From assembly GCA_034530875.2 (NCBI GenBank), contig JAVRCJ020000017.1, forward strand, positions 64,001 through 128,000: a DNA stretch of 64,000 bases. Direction: 5' to 3'. The translations under genes and the position numbers were made by a program. Below the pieces are notes generated by a model, which saw only the letters and a program-made list of their open reading frames with translations, was not told the DNA's origin and did not search any database. Each line of letters begins with the position of its first letter. Position 1 is the first letter of the stretch. Below are positions 1 through 10,352 of the stretch, in pieces. The DNA is from Nostoc sp. DedSLP01. Its GTDB lineage: Bacteria; Cyanobacteriota; Cyanobacteriia; Cyanobacteriales; Nostocaceae.

Positions 1-481
1 AAGGACTGCGGGGATAAAATGGTGTTGTTTCACTTTGCGGGATTGCTTGTACCAAACCGTACATTTCTGAAGAGCCAGCTTGGTAAAACCGCACTTGGAT
101 TCCGGTACGGTGCTGGTAGTCTCGAATTGCTTCTAACAAACGTAGGGTTCCCATTCCCACAGAGTCTACGGTATATTCTGGTGAGTCAAAGCTGACTCTA
201 ACATGGGATTGAGCGCCGAGGTTATAAATTTCTACTGGTTGTACTTCTTCTAATATGCGTCGCAGTGTTGTTCCGTCTGTCAAGTCTCCGTAGTGGAGGA
301 ATAACTGCACGCCTTCTTTGTGAGGGTCTTCGTAAATGTGATCGATGCGGTCTGTATTGAAGGTGGAAGTTCGGCGAATTATACCATGAACTTCATAACC
401 TTGTTCTAGCAAATACTCACTCAGATATGAACCATCTTGACCGGTTATACCAGTTATTAATGCTCGCTTTCTTTGCGTCAT
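1..481 (-). CDS. gmd: GDP-mannose 4,6-dehydratase (N-terminal part; runs off the window edge)
   Basis: Not in the ORF track. Manual minus-strand translation from ATG at 481 gives [54 protein letters not shown]...[13 protein letters not shown]...[11 protein letters not shown], the typical GMD signature. Confidence 0.95.
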   Translation of the reverse strand, partial: MTQRKRALITGITGQDGSYLSEYLLEQGYEVHGIIRRTSTFNTDRIDHIYEDPHKEGVQLFLHYGDLTDGTTLRRILEEVQPVEIYNLGAQSHVRVSFDSPEYTVDSVGMGTLRLLEAIRDYQHRTGIQVRFYQAGSSEMYGLVQAIPQSETTPFYPRSP

Positions 482-1034
482 TCTCTATGATCCCTTATTG
501 CCTTTGATTAAAATGTTACAGTCGATCTGATACAACCTAGCAGGTAATTGCTGAATTGCCTAATGGTAAACCTACCAGTTCTAGTCGAGCTTATAAATTT
601 TAAGTAATTAAATATACTTAATAAAAATTTATTGAGGAAATTAAGATTTAAATTTTATTATATTAATATTTTTGAAATTATTTATATTTTCTTAAAATTA
701 CTCGCTTTTTGTGAATATTTCATAAAGTAAATTTAATTTTATAAATCTTTGCTACTGACCTCAAAAAAAAGGTATACAAGCCCCTAAATTTATTTGTGGG
801 ATTGTAATGCGTGAATTTTGCCCCGTTCGCCTAGCCGATCGCACAGAAGGGGCTGACTATTTTTGTATTTTGATAAAGGTCAGGAAATAAATTGCCAAAA
901 AAATTTATACTGCGTTGTCTTTAGTGAAAACTGAATAACTGTTGATTTAATCAATAAGAAGTAGTGCCGAAATTGAAGTAAGAATTAGTATTTAGGGGCA
1001 TTGCCTGCCCCACACAATCAGCCCTAAAAATTAC

Positions 1035-1796
1035 TCAATATGCTCCATTATTCTTGGGTAAAATGACCACATCAACAGTTTTTAAAATGATCCATAAATC
1101 GAGCCAAAGATTCCTACATTTTACGTAATACAGGTCTATTTGGACTCGCCGAGGATAGGGAATGTCATTACGCCCAGACACCTGCCATAAGCCAGTAATT
1201 CCCGGACGGATTGTTAAAATCTCGTCAATGTGATAACCGTATTTTGGTAGTTCTTCTGCTACTAATGGGCGAGGACCGACTACACTCATATCCCCTTTTA
1301 AAACGTTCCAAAACTGGGGAAATTCGTCTAGGCTAGTAATTCGCAAAAACTTACCAATTTTCGTAATCCGCGGGTCTTGTTTGAGCTTAAAACTGCTTTC
1401 AAATTCTTGTCGCAACTGAGGCGATGTTTCCATCATTTGCACGAGGATTTCGTCTGCATTGCTGACCATTGTTCGGAATTTAATGCAGTTAAAAGGTTTG
1501 TAGTTTTTCCCCACCCGTTCCTGAACATAAAAAATCGGGCCTTCCGAACTCAAAGCAATCAGTAAGGCCAAAATTAAGTAAACAGGGAAGAATAAAATCA
1601 ACACTGACAGCGAAAACACTATATCGAATAGTCGCTTGGCAAACTCTCCGTTTAAACCCTGAAAAGATAAACCTTTAGGTTTAGTTTTAGGTGTCTTCGT
1701 TTTTTTACCGTGTTTTTGGAGAGTACGCGTAGACCCTCTAGTGTCTTGCCGTACACCTCGTTTGCCGGAGAGGAGTGAGCTCTGGGCAGTCATCAT
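1035..1796 (-). CDS. Bacterial sugar transferase (priming phosphoglycosyltransferase, WcaJ/WbaP C-terminal type)
   Basis: KRLFDIV, KFRTM, DPRIT, SLDEFPQFWNVLKGDMSVVGPRP and PGITGLWQVSGR motifs; ATG at 1796 follows AGGAG (the ORF track extends to 1820). Confidence 0.9.
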   Translation of the reverse strand: MMTAQSSLLSGKRGVRQDTRGSTRTLQKHGKKTKTPKTKPKGLSFQGLNGEFAKRLFDIVFSLSVLILFFPVYLILALLIALSSEGPIFYVQERVGKNYKPFNCIKFRTMVSNADEILVQMMETSPQLRQEFESSFKLKQDPRITKIGKFLRITSLDEFPQFWNVLKGDMSVVGPRPLVAEELPKYGYHIDEILTIRPGITGLWQVSGRNDIPYPRRVQIDLYYVKCRNLWLDLWIILKTVDVVILPKNNGAY

Positions 1797-1893
1797 ACTC
1801 CTTAATAATCCACACCACACATAGTCCCAATCTTAAAGCCAAAATGAGATGCTTCTGGGGTTAAATTGCCAAAAGCCTAAAAAAATCAATCTC

Positions 1894-3048
1894 TCAACCA
1901 AGACCATTATTCCAAAAAGGTCTTTTTTCGTAGCACTTGTTTACAAAATCTAAATAACGATCTGCAAAGACTTGCGGCGAAAACTGCGCCGCGTGCGATC
2001 GCATATACTCAAAATTGAACGAACCTTGATATGCTTCAAATTTTTCTACTGCCTCCACTAAAGCTGCCTCGGTTTGTGTATGGAAGAATATACCTGTTCC
2101 TGTATCGACGTCAGAACGAATATCTCGCACTGTTTCTAGAGCACCCCCGGCGCCATAAGCAATTACTGGCGTACCGCAGGCTTGTGCCTCTACTAAGGCA
2201 ATACCAAAATCTTCACAAGCTGCATACACAAACGCTTTAGCGCTAGCCATATATTTTTTTACCACATCGTCGGGTTGCCATCCAAGTATCTGGATATTTG
2301 AGTTTGCCATTTCGCGAATCTTGTTCATTTCATCTCCTGTACCAATTACTACTAATGGTCGTTTGAGTTGATTAAAAGCTTTGACAATCAACGAAACTTG
2401 TTTGTAACTTACTAGACGGGAAACTGTGAGGTAAAAATCGTCTTTTTCCTGAAAAAATGGAAATTCGCTAGTATTCACAGGTGGGTAAATAACTGTTGCT
2501 TCTCGGCGATAGCAACGCCAAATCCGCCGTGCTGTATGCTGTGAGTTGGCAATGAAGTAGTCAACACGATTGGCACTCAATACATCCCACTGGCGCAAAC
2601 GATGTAATAAATATCGTGTTACCCACCCAGGTAAACCATTACCCAGCTTGCTTTGACGTAGATAATCAAAGGTTAAGTCCCAAGCGTAGCGCATAGGGCT
2701 GTGACAGTAGCAAATATGCAACTGATCTGGAGTGGTAAGTATTCCCTTAGCAACAGCATGGGATGAAGACAGAATTACGTCATAATGCCGCAAATCCATT
2801 TGTTCGATTGCCAAAGGCCACAAAGGCAAGTACTTTTGTATACCGTTACGAGCAAATGGCAGCTGTTGAAGAAACGTCTTGCCAATTTGACGTTTGTATA
2901 AATAACTTTCAGGGTTAATGGATTCAAAATCGATGAGGGCATACAAATCAGCATCAATGTGATTCAAAATTTCCCGTACAACGAGTTCAGAACCACCTGT
3001 GGCTTTGGGTGTCAACCACTCATGAACCAGAGCATATTTCAAGGGCAC
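1894..3048 (-). CDS. Glycosyltransferase family 4 (GT-B)
   Basis: EDFGIALVEAQACGTPVIAY motif; lies upstream of the sugar transferase and gmd in the same orientation. Confidence 0.9.
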   Translation of the reverse strand: MPLKYALVHEWLTPKATGGSELVVREILNHIDADLYALIDFESINPESYLYKRQIGKTFLQQLPFARNGIQKYLPLWPLAIEQMDLRHYDVILSSSHAVAKGILTTPDQLHICYCHSPMRYAWDLTFDYLRQSKLGNGLPGWVTRYLLHRLRQWDVLSANRVDYFIANSQHTARRIWRCYRREATVIYPPVNTSEFPFFQEKDDFYLTVSRLVSYKQVSLIVKAFNQLKRPLVVIGTGDEMNKIREMANSNIQILGWQPDDVVKKYMASAKAFVYAACEDFGIALVEAQACGTPVIAYGAGGALETVRDIRSDVDTGTGIFFHTQTEAALVEAVEKFEAYQGSFNFEYMRSHAAQFSPQVFADRYLDFVNKCYEKRPFWNNGLG

Positions 3049-3210
3049 AGCTAACTTGTAATGAATGGAAAATAGTTAGGGAACTGATGAGGTTAACTGA
3101 AAAGTTTCCCGTTGCGATCGACTAATGGGAACCGCCCCAGATTAAAGCCAAAGACGCAATCTTTTCTTCAGAGGTTCCAGATGGATCCTGCAACCTGATA
3201 ACCTCAGATT

Positions 3211-3334
3211 GGGGCATCGGGACTGGGTACTGGGTACTGAGTATTGGGTACTGGGAAAACTCTTCCCTAATTATTCCCTAATTACTAGTCCCTAGTAGCT
3301 AGTTCCTAATCGCCAGTACCCAGTTCCCAGTCCC
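3211..3334. repeat. STRR-type heptamer repeats (GGGTACT-like) with a complementary CCCAGT block
   Basis: gggactgggtactgggtactgagtattgggtactggg ... ccagtacccagttcccagtccc in an intergenic region. Confidence 0.75.
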
Positions 3335-3366
3335 TTAAAGAAAACTGACGCAGGAATGGGAAAGAT

Positions 3367-4305
3367 ATGCGAATTCTAATTATGGGTGGTACTCGGTTCA
3401 TTGGCGTCTATTTGACTCAACTACTAGTGGAACAAGGACATGAGGTGGTGCTGTTTAATCGCGGAAATCGTCCAGCGCCTTCTTTACAGGGAGTAGGACA
3501 AATTATAGGCGATCGCACTGATACTACCCAATTAAAAGCAAAATTATCACAGGAAAATTTTGATGCGATTTTTGACAACAACGGACGAGAACTCAGCGAT
3601 ACTCAACCGCTAGCGGAGATTTTTCAAGACCGAGTGCAACATTTTGTATACATGAGTTCGGCGGGAGTGTATCTTAAATCCGACCAACTTCCCCATATTG
3701 AAGGCGATGCAGTAGATCCGAAAAGTCGGCATTTAGGTAAGCATGAAACGGAAGCTCACCTGGCTCAATCAGGATTGCCTTTTACTTCGATTCGTCCGAC
3801 TTATATTTACGGGCCGCGTAATTATAATGACTTAGAAAGCTGGTTTTTTGACAGAATTGTGCGCGATCGCCCGATTCCTATCCCGGAAAATGGGTTGCAT
3901 ATCACTCAATTCGGTCATGTCAAAGATTTAGCTCAGGCAATGACCCAAGTTTTGGGCAATCCACAAGCAATAAAGCAAATTTATAATATTTCTGGCGATC
4001 GCTTTGTGACTTTTGATGGTTTAGCTCGTGCTAGTGCTGTAGCGGCTGGGAAATCACCCGATGCTGTAAAAATTGTCCATTACGACCCGAAAAAATTTGA
4101 TTTTGGCAAGCGCAAGGCTTTTCCAATGCGGGTACAGCATTTCTTTGCTTCGGTGAATAAAGCACAAACAGAATTAAACTGGCATCCAAAATACGATTTG
4201 ATTTCTGGATTGCAAGATTCTTTGGAGAATGATTATTTAGCTTCTGGACGGGATAAAGCCGATATTGATTTCTCTGTAGATGAGGAAATTTTAAAGGCTG
4301 TTTAA
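3367..4305 (+). CDS. NAD-dependent epimerase/dehydratase family protein (CSP41b-like RNA-binding protein)
   Basis: MGGTRFIG Rossmann motif; YMSSAGVYLKSDQLPH and YDPKKFDFGKRKAFPMRVQHFF resemble the CSP41 family. Confidence 0.85.
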   Translation: MRILIMGGTRFIGVYLTQLLVEQGHEVVLFNRGNRPAPSLQGVGQIIGDRTDTTQLKAKLSQENFDAIFDNNGRELSDTQPLAEIFQDRVQHFVYMSSAGVYLKSDQLPHIEGDAVDPKSRHLGKHETEAHLAQSGLPFTSIRPTYIYGPRNYNDLESWFFDRIVRDRPIPIPENGLHITQFGHVKDLAQAMTQVLGNPQAIKQIYNISGDRFVTFDGLARASAVAAGKSPDAVKIVHYDPKKFDFGKRKAFPMRVQHFFASVNKAQTELNWHPKYDLISGLQDSLENDYLASGRDKADIDFSVDEEILKAV

Positions 4306-4551
4306 TTTTGAGGTTTGTTGACTGCTGACACTCAACAGTCAACTCCACTACAAACCAATTAACTACTAGTCCTCGTCAGGGTTAATGCCCAATTCCCGCA
4401 GCTTCCTACCTGGGAAAGACGCGATAAATTGTATTTTTAGCTTTTACTGTAACAGGAATGAAATTTTATCTATTAGTCAGGCAAACTTTTTGGTAAATTG
4501 CCTCAAAGTTAGTGAAATTCGTTTTTGACAATACTATTCTTGGTTGAGCGA

Positions 4552-5430
4552 ATGAGCCAGGTTTTACAATCTACACTCCAAAATATTTTAGAAGCCCGTG
4601 CCCGCTTGGGTGAAGGGCCAATCTGGGACTCGAATAAAAAGCTGCTTTACTGGATAGATATTTTTAACCATCGAGTGCATGAATTTAACCCTGAAACGGG
4701 GAAAAATCGCTTCTTTGATGTGGGAGATACGGTAGGTGCGATCGCCATAGCAGGTACAGATAGATTAATTATTACGCTGCGCCATCATCTGGCATTCCTC
4801 AACACCCAGACAGGCAAAGTTACACCCATTTTGGAAATTGAAGGACATCTCGAAGATAATCGTCTCAACGATGGCAAATGTGACCCCCAAGGTCGCTTTT
4901 GGTTCGGCTCAATGTCTTCTATAGAAAAACCTGAAGCTAGCCTTTATCGTTACGACACTGATGGTTCATTACATGTAATGGAAACGGGATTGACTATTTC
5001 TAATGGCTTGGGCTGGAGTCCCGATAAAAAAATATTTTACTTGGCTGATTCTCCAAAACAAAAAATTTATGCTTATGACTTTAATTCAGTAACAGGAGAT
5101 ATTACTAATCGCCGGGTTTTTGTTGATTTCACTCATGAATCTTTTTATCCAGATGGGTTGACGATAGATAGTCAAGGAAATATTTGGTCAGCTATGTGGA
5201 ATGGATGGTGTGTGATTCGTTTCAATCCGCAAGGTGAAGAGATTTTGCGGATAAAACTACCCGTTCCACTGGTAACGAGTTGCACCTTTGGCGGCGAAAA
5301 TTTGCAAACACTCTACATCACCACTGCTTCAGTTGACCTCAGCCAAGCTGAGATTGATAAAAGCTTTTACTCAGGTGATTTATTTGCGTTCCAAAGTGAT
5401 GTTGCGGGATTACCTAGCTATAATTTTTAG
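4552..5430 (+). CDS. SMP-30/gluconolactonase/LRE family protein
   Basis: LGEGPIWD, RLNDGKCDPQGRFWFGSM, SNGLGWSPD and PDGLTIDSQG motifs. Confidence 0.9.
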   Translation: MSQVLQSTLQNILEARARLGEGPIWDSNKKLLYWIDIFNHRVHEFNPETGKNRFFDVGDTVGAIAIAGTDRLIITLRHHLAFLNTQTGKVTPILEIEGHLEDNRLNDGKCDPQGRFWFGSMSSIEKPEASLYRYDTDGSLHVMETGLTISNGLGWSPDKKIFYLADSPKQKIYAYDFNSVTGDITNRRVFVDFTHESFYPDGLTIDSQGNIWSAMWNGWCVIRFNPQGEEILRIKLPVPLVTSCTFGGENLQTLYITTASVDLSQAEIDKSFYSGDLFAFQSDVAGLPSYNF

Positions 5431-5542
5431 AAATTAGACTTTGGCTTACTTACGGACTAATTTTTGAATTTGCAACTGCAATTGTGGAGTTTTCAGAAAT
5501 TTCAAATAAAAAAATCTCAATTCTATGTAGCATTTTTTGATT

Positions 5543-6079
5543 TTACTTTGCATTTAAAGGCGTATTTTCTCTAGTTGGATTTTGTGGTATGAGGTAAATT
5601 AACCCAGATATTAATGTCAAAGCAACAGAAATCCAAAAAGCAATTAAAGACGGAATTTGCCAGACTTCAGGTAATGGCGCAATCAAAAGTGCGATCGCCA
5701 CTATTTGACTTACTGTTTTGAGTTTACCCCAAATGTTTGCCCCGGTAATTGTTGTTTGATTTACCCGCCAACCAGCGATCGCCAATTCCCGCGCTAAAAT
5801 CAAAAACACTGCCCAAGCTGGGATTTTTCCTAACTCTACTAACACTAGCAAGGGCGCTAATACCAAAAATTTATCTACCAAAGGGTCAAGAAACTTACCC
5901 AAATCGCTAATTTGGTTAAGTTTTCTTGCTAAATAGCCATCCAACCAATCGGTCAACGCCGCCACTAAAAAAATCGCCAAACAGAACCACCTAGCCTCAG
6001 AGGTAGGGTTGTACAAACCGTATAGCAAAAATGGTACGCCCAGCAGACGAGAAAAAGTAATCCAGTTAGGTAAAGTCAC
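5543..6079 (-). CDS. pgsA: CDP-diacylglycerol--glycerol-3-phosphate 3-phosphatidyltransferase
   Basis: MTLPNWITFSR start and CDP-alcohol phosphotransferase motif TDWLDGYLARK...GKFLDPLVDK. Confidence 0.93.
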   Translation of the reverse strand: MTLPNWITFSRLLGVPFLLYGLYNPTSEARWFCLAIFLVAALTDWLDGYLARKLNQISDLGKFLDPLVDKFLVLAPLLVLVELGKIPAWAVFLILARELAIAGWRVNQTTITGANIWGKLKTVSQIVAIALLIAPLPEVWQIPSLIAFWISVALTLISGLIYLIPQNPTRENTPLNAK

Positions 6080-6099
6080 GATTTCGGTTTAGAAATTAT

Positions 6100-6663
6100 C
6101 TATAACTTTAACCAACCAAATAATTGCCCTAATGTCAAATGTAAATCGCTGACTAAATCGGGTACTGGCAAAATATCTTCTTCGTTCTCTAAATAGATTG
6201 GTTGTTGCCGAGGCGGATACACTAAAATACCATCTTCTTCTGGATCAATTAACCAACCTAAGCGAGAGCCATGATTTAAACAATGTAAAATGTTTTTGGT
6301 AACTTTTGTGGTACTTTGTTCGGGTGAGAGGATTTCAATTGTCCAATCTGGATATGTATTGAACGCATTGGCGATATTACCTTTTTCATCGATAGGAATT
6401 CGTTCCCAAGCGAATACTGCAACATCTGGAACAGTAGAACGTCCACCAAAGGTACAGCGTAATTCTGGAAAAGCTAGGGCAATTTTTGTAGGTTCTGTTA
6501 CATGATTAACCGCATTAGCCACTTGCAACTGGAGTCTGCTATGTTTACCTTGAGGAATATGTTTTTGAAAAATTTCACCATCTACATATTCACTGGCTGG
6601 TTTAGTTTCTGGTAATTTTAAAAAGTCCTCTAAAGATATACGGCGAGTTGGTGTTTTAATCAT
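6100..6663 (-). CDS. Uma2 family (DUF820) PD-(D/E)xK endonuclease-like protein
   Basis: ISLEDFL...EYVDG, VPDVAVF, PDWTIEILSP and GWLIDP motifs; probable ATG at 6663. Confidence 0.88.
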   Translation of the reverse strand: MIKTPTRRISLEDFLKLPETKPASEYVDGEIFQKHIPQGKHSRLQLQVANAVNHVTEPTKIALAFPELRCTFGGRSTVPDVAVFAWERIPIDEKGNIANAFNTYPDWTIEILSPEQSTTKVTKNILHCLNHGSRLGWLIDPEEDGILVYPPRQQPIYLENEEDILPVPDLVSDLHLTLGQLFGWLKL

Positions 6664-6788
6664 AATGTTTTCCCGATCGTATTTAAACGTAAGTTTAGCT
6701 GAAATCAAATGATTTGACAGAGCTTAGTTAGTTGTTGGTTGATTGTGCAAATTTGAGAGTTCGGATTGGTTTTTCTAAAAATTGAGAC

Positions 6789-6891
6789 TATAGGAATCCT
6801 ATTTAATTTATAAAACTACTTGTAGAGGGAGGGAGTAGGGAATTGGGAATGGGGAGTAGATTTATTTGTAACTCCTAACAGGATTGCTATA
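6789..6891. mobile_element. MITE-like element
   Basis: Terminal inverted repeats tataggaatcctatt / aacaggattgctata (13/15 match) around a G-rich STRR-like core. Confidence 0.55.
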
Positions 6892-7007
6892 TTATTTGAT
6901 TTTTGAAAAGATTTGTAGGCGAAGGGCTTTCAGCATATTTTTTTTAAAATGGCGTAAGTATCATTTGTATGGCACGATCTGTATTTCAAGATCATCTAAA
7001 CAATACT

Positions 7008-8423
7008 ATGACTGACAATATAGATTTTCGCATCGAACGGGATTCGATGGGCGATCGCCAAATTGCTAGTAACGTTTATTACGGTATTCAAACGCTACGG
7101 GCAATCGAAAACTTTCCTATTAGCGGTATTAAGCCTCTACCTACTTACGTAGATGCTTGTTTGCTAATTAAAAAAGCTACGGCAATTGTCAACGGAGAAC
7201 TCAATTGCATTCCTCAAGATATTAGTCGGGCAATAGTCCAAGCGACTGATGAAATCTTAGCTGGGAAGTTGCGCGAACAATTTGTTGTGGATGTTTATCA
7301 AGCGGGTGCTGGAACTTCTCACCACATGAATGTCAATGAAGTTCTGGCAAATCGTGCCTTAGAAATTCTTGGTGACGAAAAAGGCAATTATAAACGTGTT
7401 AGTCCTAACGACCACGTTAACTATGGGCAGTCTACCAATGATGTGATTCCGACGGCAATTAGGATTGGCGGTTTATTGGCACTTGCTCATACGTTACACC
7501 CAGCTTTAGAAGAAGCGATCGCTGCCTTAGAAAACAAAGCTGTAGAATTTCAAGATATCGTCAAATCTGGCAGAACTCACTTACAAGACGCTGTACCTGT
7601 GCGCTTGGGTGAAAATTTCTGGGCTTGGGCGCAAATCCTCACAGAACACCAAAACCGGATTTACACCGCCTCGGGAGATTTGATGGTGCTGGGTTTGGGA
7701 GGTAGTGCAGCCGGAACGGGGTTGAATACTCATCCTCTTTATCGCGCCCGTGTTGTAGAAGTTCTCTCCGAATTAATTGATACTCCCCTAGAACCTGCAC
7801 CCCACTTGATGGCGGCTATGCAAAGTATGGCACCATTTGTCAACGTTTCCGGTGCTTTGCGGAACTTAGCGCAGGATTTAGCCAAAATATCTCATGATTT
7901 GCGGTTGATGGATTCGGGGCCAAAAACTGGTTTTAAAGAAATTCAATTGCCGCCAGTGCAACCGGGTTCCTCAATTATGCCAGGGAAATACAACCCAGTG
8001 ATGGCAGAAATGACGTCAATGGTATGTTTTCAGGTGATGGGTTACGACAATGCGATCGCTCTTGCCGCCCAAGCAGGACAATTAGAATTGAATGTCATGA
8101 TGCCGCTGATTGCCTATAACCTGATTCACAGCATCGAAATTTTAGGTAATACTATCGCTGCCCTTACCAAACGTTGCATCCAGGGAATTACAGCCAACAA
8201 AGAACGTTGTCTAGCATACGCCGAAGGCAGTTTAGCTTTAGTAACTGCACTCAATACTCACATTGGTTATTTAAATGCCGCAGCTGTCGCCAAAGAATCT
8301 TTAGAAACTGGTAAATCTCTACGCGAGATTGTTCTGGAACGAGGATTAATGAGTGAAGCAGATTTAGCTACAGTGTTAAATCTGGAACAAATGAGTGCTA
8401 TTTTACCTTTGAGTCCAGAATAA
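7008..8423 (+). CDS. Aspartate ammonia-lyase / class II fumarate hydratase family enzyme
   Basis: Lyase signature GSSIMPGKYNP, plus GRTHLQDA and QSTNDVIPTA. AspA and FumC cannot be separated by eye. Confidence 0.9.
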   Translation: MTDNIDFRIERDSMGDRQIASNVYYGIQTLRAIENFPISGIKPLPTYVDACLLIKKATAIVNGELNCIPQDISRAIVQATDEILAGKLREQFVVDVYQAGAGTSHHMNVNEVLANRALEILGDEKGNYKRVSPNDHVNYGQSTNDVIPTAIRIGGLLALAHTLHPALEEAIAALENKAVEFQDIVKSGRTHLQDAVPVRLGENFWAWAQILTEHQNRIYTASGDLMVLGLGGSAAGTGLNTHPLYRARVVEVLSELIDTPLEPAPHLMAAMQSMAPFVNVSGALRNLAQDLAKISHDLRLMDSGPKTGFKEIQLPPVQPGSSIMPGKYNPVMAEMTSMVCFQVMGYDNAIALAAQAGQLELNVMMPLIAYNLIHSIEILGNTIAALTKRCIQGITANKERCLAYAEGSLALVTALNTHIGYLNAAAVAKESLETGKSLREIVLERGLMSEADLATVLNLEQMSAILPLSPE

Positions 8424-8511
8424 AAACACATCGATTACAAAACAATATCAGTCAATACGGTTTAGTTAATTTGACGTATTGACACCATTCACCACTCTTA
8501 ATTTATTATCT

Positions 8512-9483
8512 ATGCACACCCAAAAATCATCTGTCAGCCTAATTCGGGCTACCTCCTACGAACGAGAGGCTTTACGAGAATCTTTAATTACACTACTCGA
8601 ACCTTTTGGAGGAATGGCAGCATTTGTGAAAAAAGGCGATCGCGTTTTACTCAAACCAAATTTACTCACAGGTGCGCGTCCTGGTAAAGAGTGTACCACC
8701 CGTCCTGAAATAGTTTACGCAGTTGCCCAAATGGTAATTGAAGTTGGCGGAAAACCATTTTTGGGTGATAGTCCGGCTTTTGGCAGCGCCAAGGGAGTAG
8801 CAGTGGCAAATGGCTATCTGCCGATTTTAGAAGAACTCAACGTTCCCATCATCGATTTTCACGGCCAGCGTTATCAAACTGTGAGTGAAAATTTTAACCA
8901 CCTGCGGCTGTCTAAAGAAGCGATGGAAGCAGATGTCGTAATTAACCTACCCAAAGTTAAATCCCATGCCCAATTAACATTAACGCTGGGGGTAAAAAAC
9001 TTGTTTGGTTGCGTCCCCGGTAAAATGAAAGCTTGGTGGCACATGGAAGCCGGAAAAGATGCCAACAGATTTGCCCAAATGTTAGTAGAAACTGCCAGGG
9101 CAATTAATCCTAACTTAACGATATTAGATGGCATCATCGGTCATGAAGGTAACGGTCCTAGTAACGGTGAACCTCGACAACTGGGCATCTTAGCAGCTGC
9201 ATCAGATATATTTGCCCTAGATAGAACAATGGTGGAAATCCTCAATGTTCCTCCCGAACAAGTGCCTACAATTGCAGCTTCCCAAAGTTTAGGAGTTTGT
9301 CCAGAACTTGCTGCCATAGAATTTCCCCATTTAAACCCTGACTTATTAAAAATAGAAGATTGGCGGCTACCAGACAAATTAATGCCCATTGATTTTGGTA
9401 TGCCACGGGTCATTAAATCTACGTTTAAGCATCTTTACACCCGATTTATCAAAGAACCAATGAGTGTTTACGCAAGAAATTAG
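8512..9483 (+). CDS. DUF362 domain protein
   Basis: VLLKPNLL, TTRPEIV, INLPKVKSH, GVKNLFG and ILDGIIGHEGNGP motifs. Confidence 0.85.
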   Translation: MHTQKSSVSLIRATSYEREALRESLITLLEPFGGMAAFVKKGDRVLLKPNLLTGARPGKECTTRPEIVYAVAQMVIEVGGKPFLGDSPAFGSAKGVAVANGYLPILEELNVPIIDFHGQRYQTVSENFNHLRLSKEAMEADVVINLPKVKSHAQLTLTLGVKNLFGCVPGKMKAWWHMEAGKDANRFAQMLVETARAINPNLTILDGIIGHEGNGPSNGEPRQLGILAAASDIFALDRTMVEILNVPPEQVPTIAASQSLGVCPELAAIEFPHLNPDLLKIEDWRLPDKLMPIDFGMPRVIKSTFKHLYTRFIKEPMSVYARN

Positions 9484-10352
9484 GAACTAGGGTAGATGGG
9501 GAAAAAAAGAAGCAGGAGAAGCAGAGGAGGAAAATGCGATCGTGGTTTTCGGTTTCAAAATTGGATAATTTAAATTCTGGAATTCTTTGGCCTCTAGCTT
9601 TTAACTCCTGAGTACTCACTTTCTATACCCAATCGCAATTGCAAAATGCAAACTTCGTTACAGCAATTTCATTTATTAACAAAGTAACCTGTAATTACCC
9701 TCCGATTGCTTAACCAAACCGTCCTAGTTACTATTAGTGGCGGTTTTTTTAATCAATTTATTTTTTTAAAAAAATAATCTCAGGAATCTTTCCAAGTTAG
9801 CTTTAGTACATCTAATAAACTTAAAAGAAATTTAATGTTTTGTTTGCTAGCTCAATCTTAAATATTTATTAAATAATCTATCTTAAAAAGAAAAATGTTA
9901 TCCAAAACTAATGAAAAACTTAAAATTTTTCAGTAAAATTACTGTTATGAATTATAGTGCGCTTAGAAAAGAATTGATAAAATAACTTATATGGAAGAAA
10001 CTTTCAAAATCTCTCTTATTGGTCGATTCTAAGATGATGTTTGGAAAGTAAAAATACAGACTCAAAGTCGCTCATTGTAAAAGAGAGGCTTGAAAACGAG
10101 CGTTATATTGTAAGAAAAAGCGTAGGGAAGTTTGGTTCTGAGGCTTATAGAATACTTTGAGAACGCCTCCTAATTAAGTAGACAGAACAGTGTCATGTAA
10201 AATATTAAAAACAGCAGATGTATACATCTAATTTCAGCAACTAAAGCTATAACAAGAGATGCATGAATATTAGTTATTGATACGTTTGCAAATTAAACAT
10301 TTACCTGATTCTTCAACAACCGAGTACAGTAAATCAGCAACAGGAAAATAAT

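Noticed and set aside
9484..10352. ncRNA or small ORF in the long AT-rich region upstream of the GAF kinase
   Set aside because: No convincing structure, ORF or correctly spaced NtcA site (the GTA...TAC at ~9683 has a 9-nt spacer).
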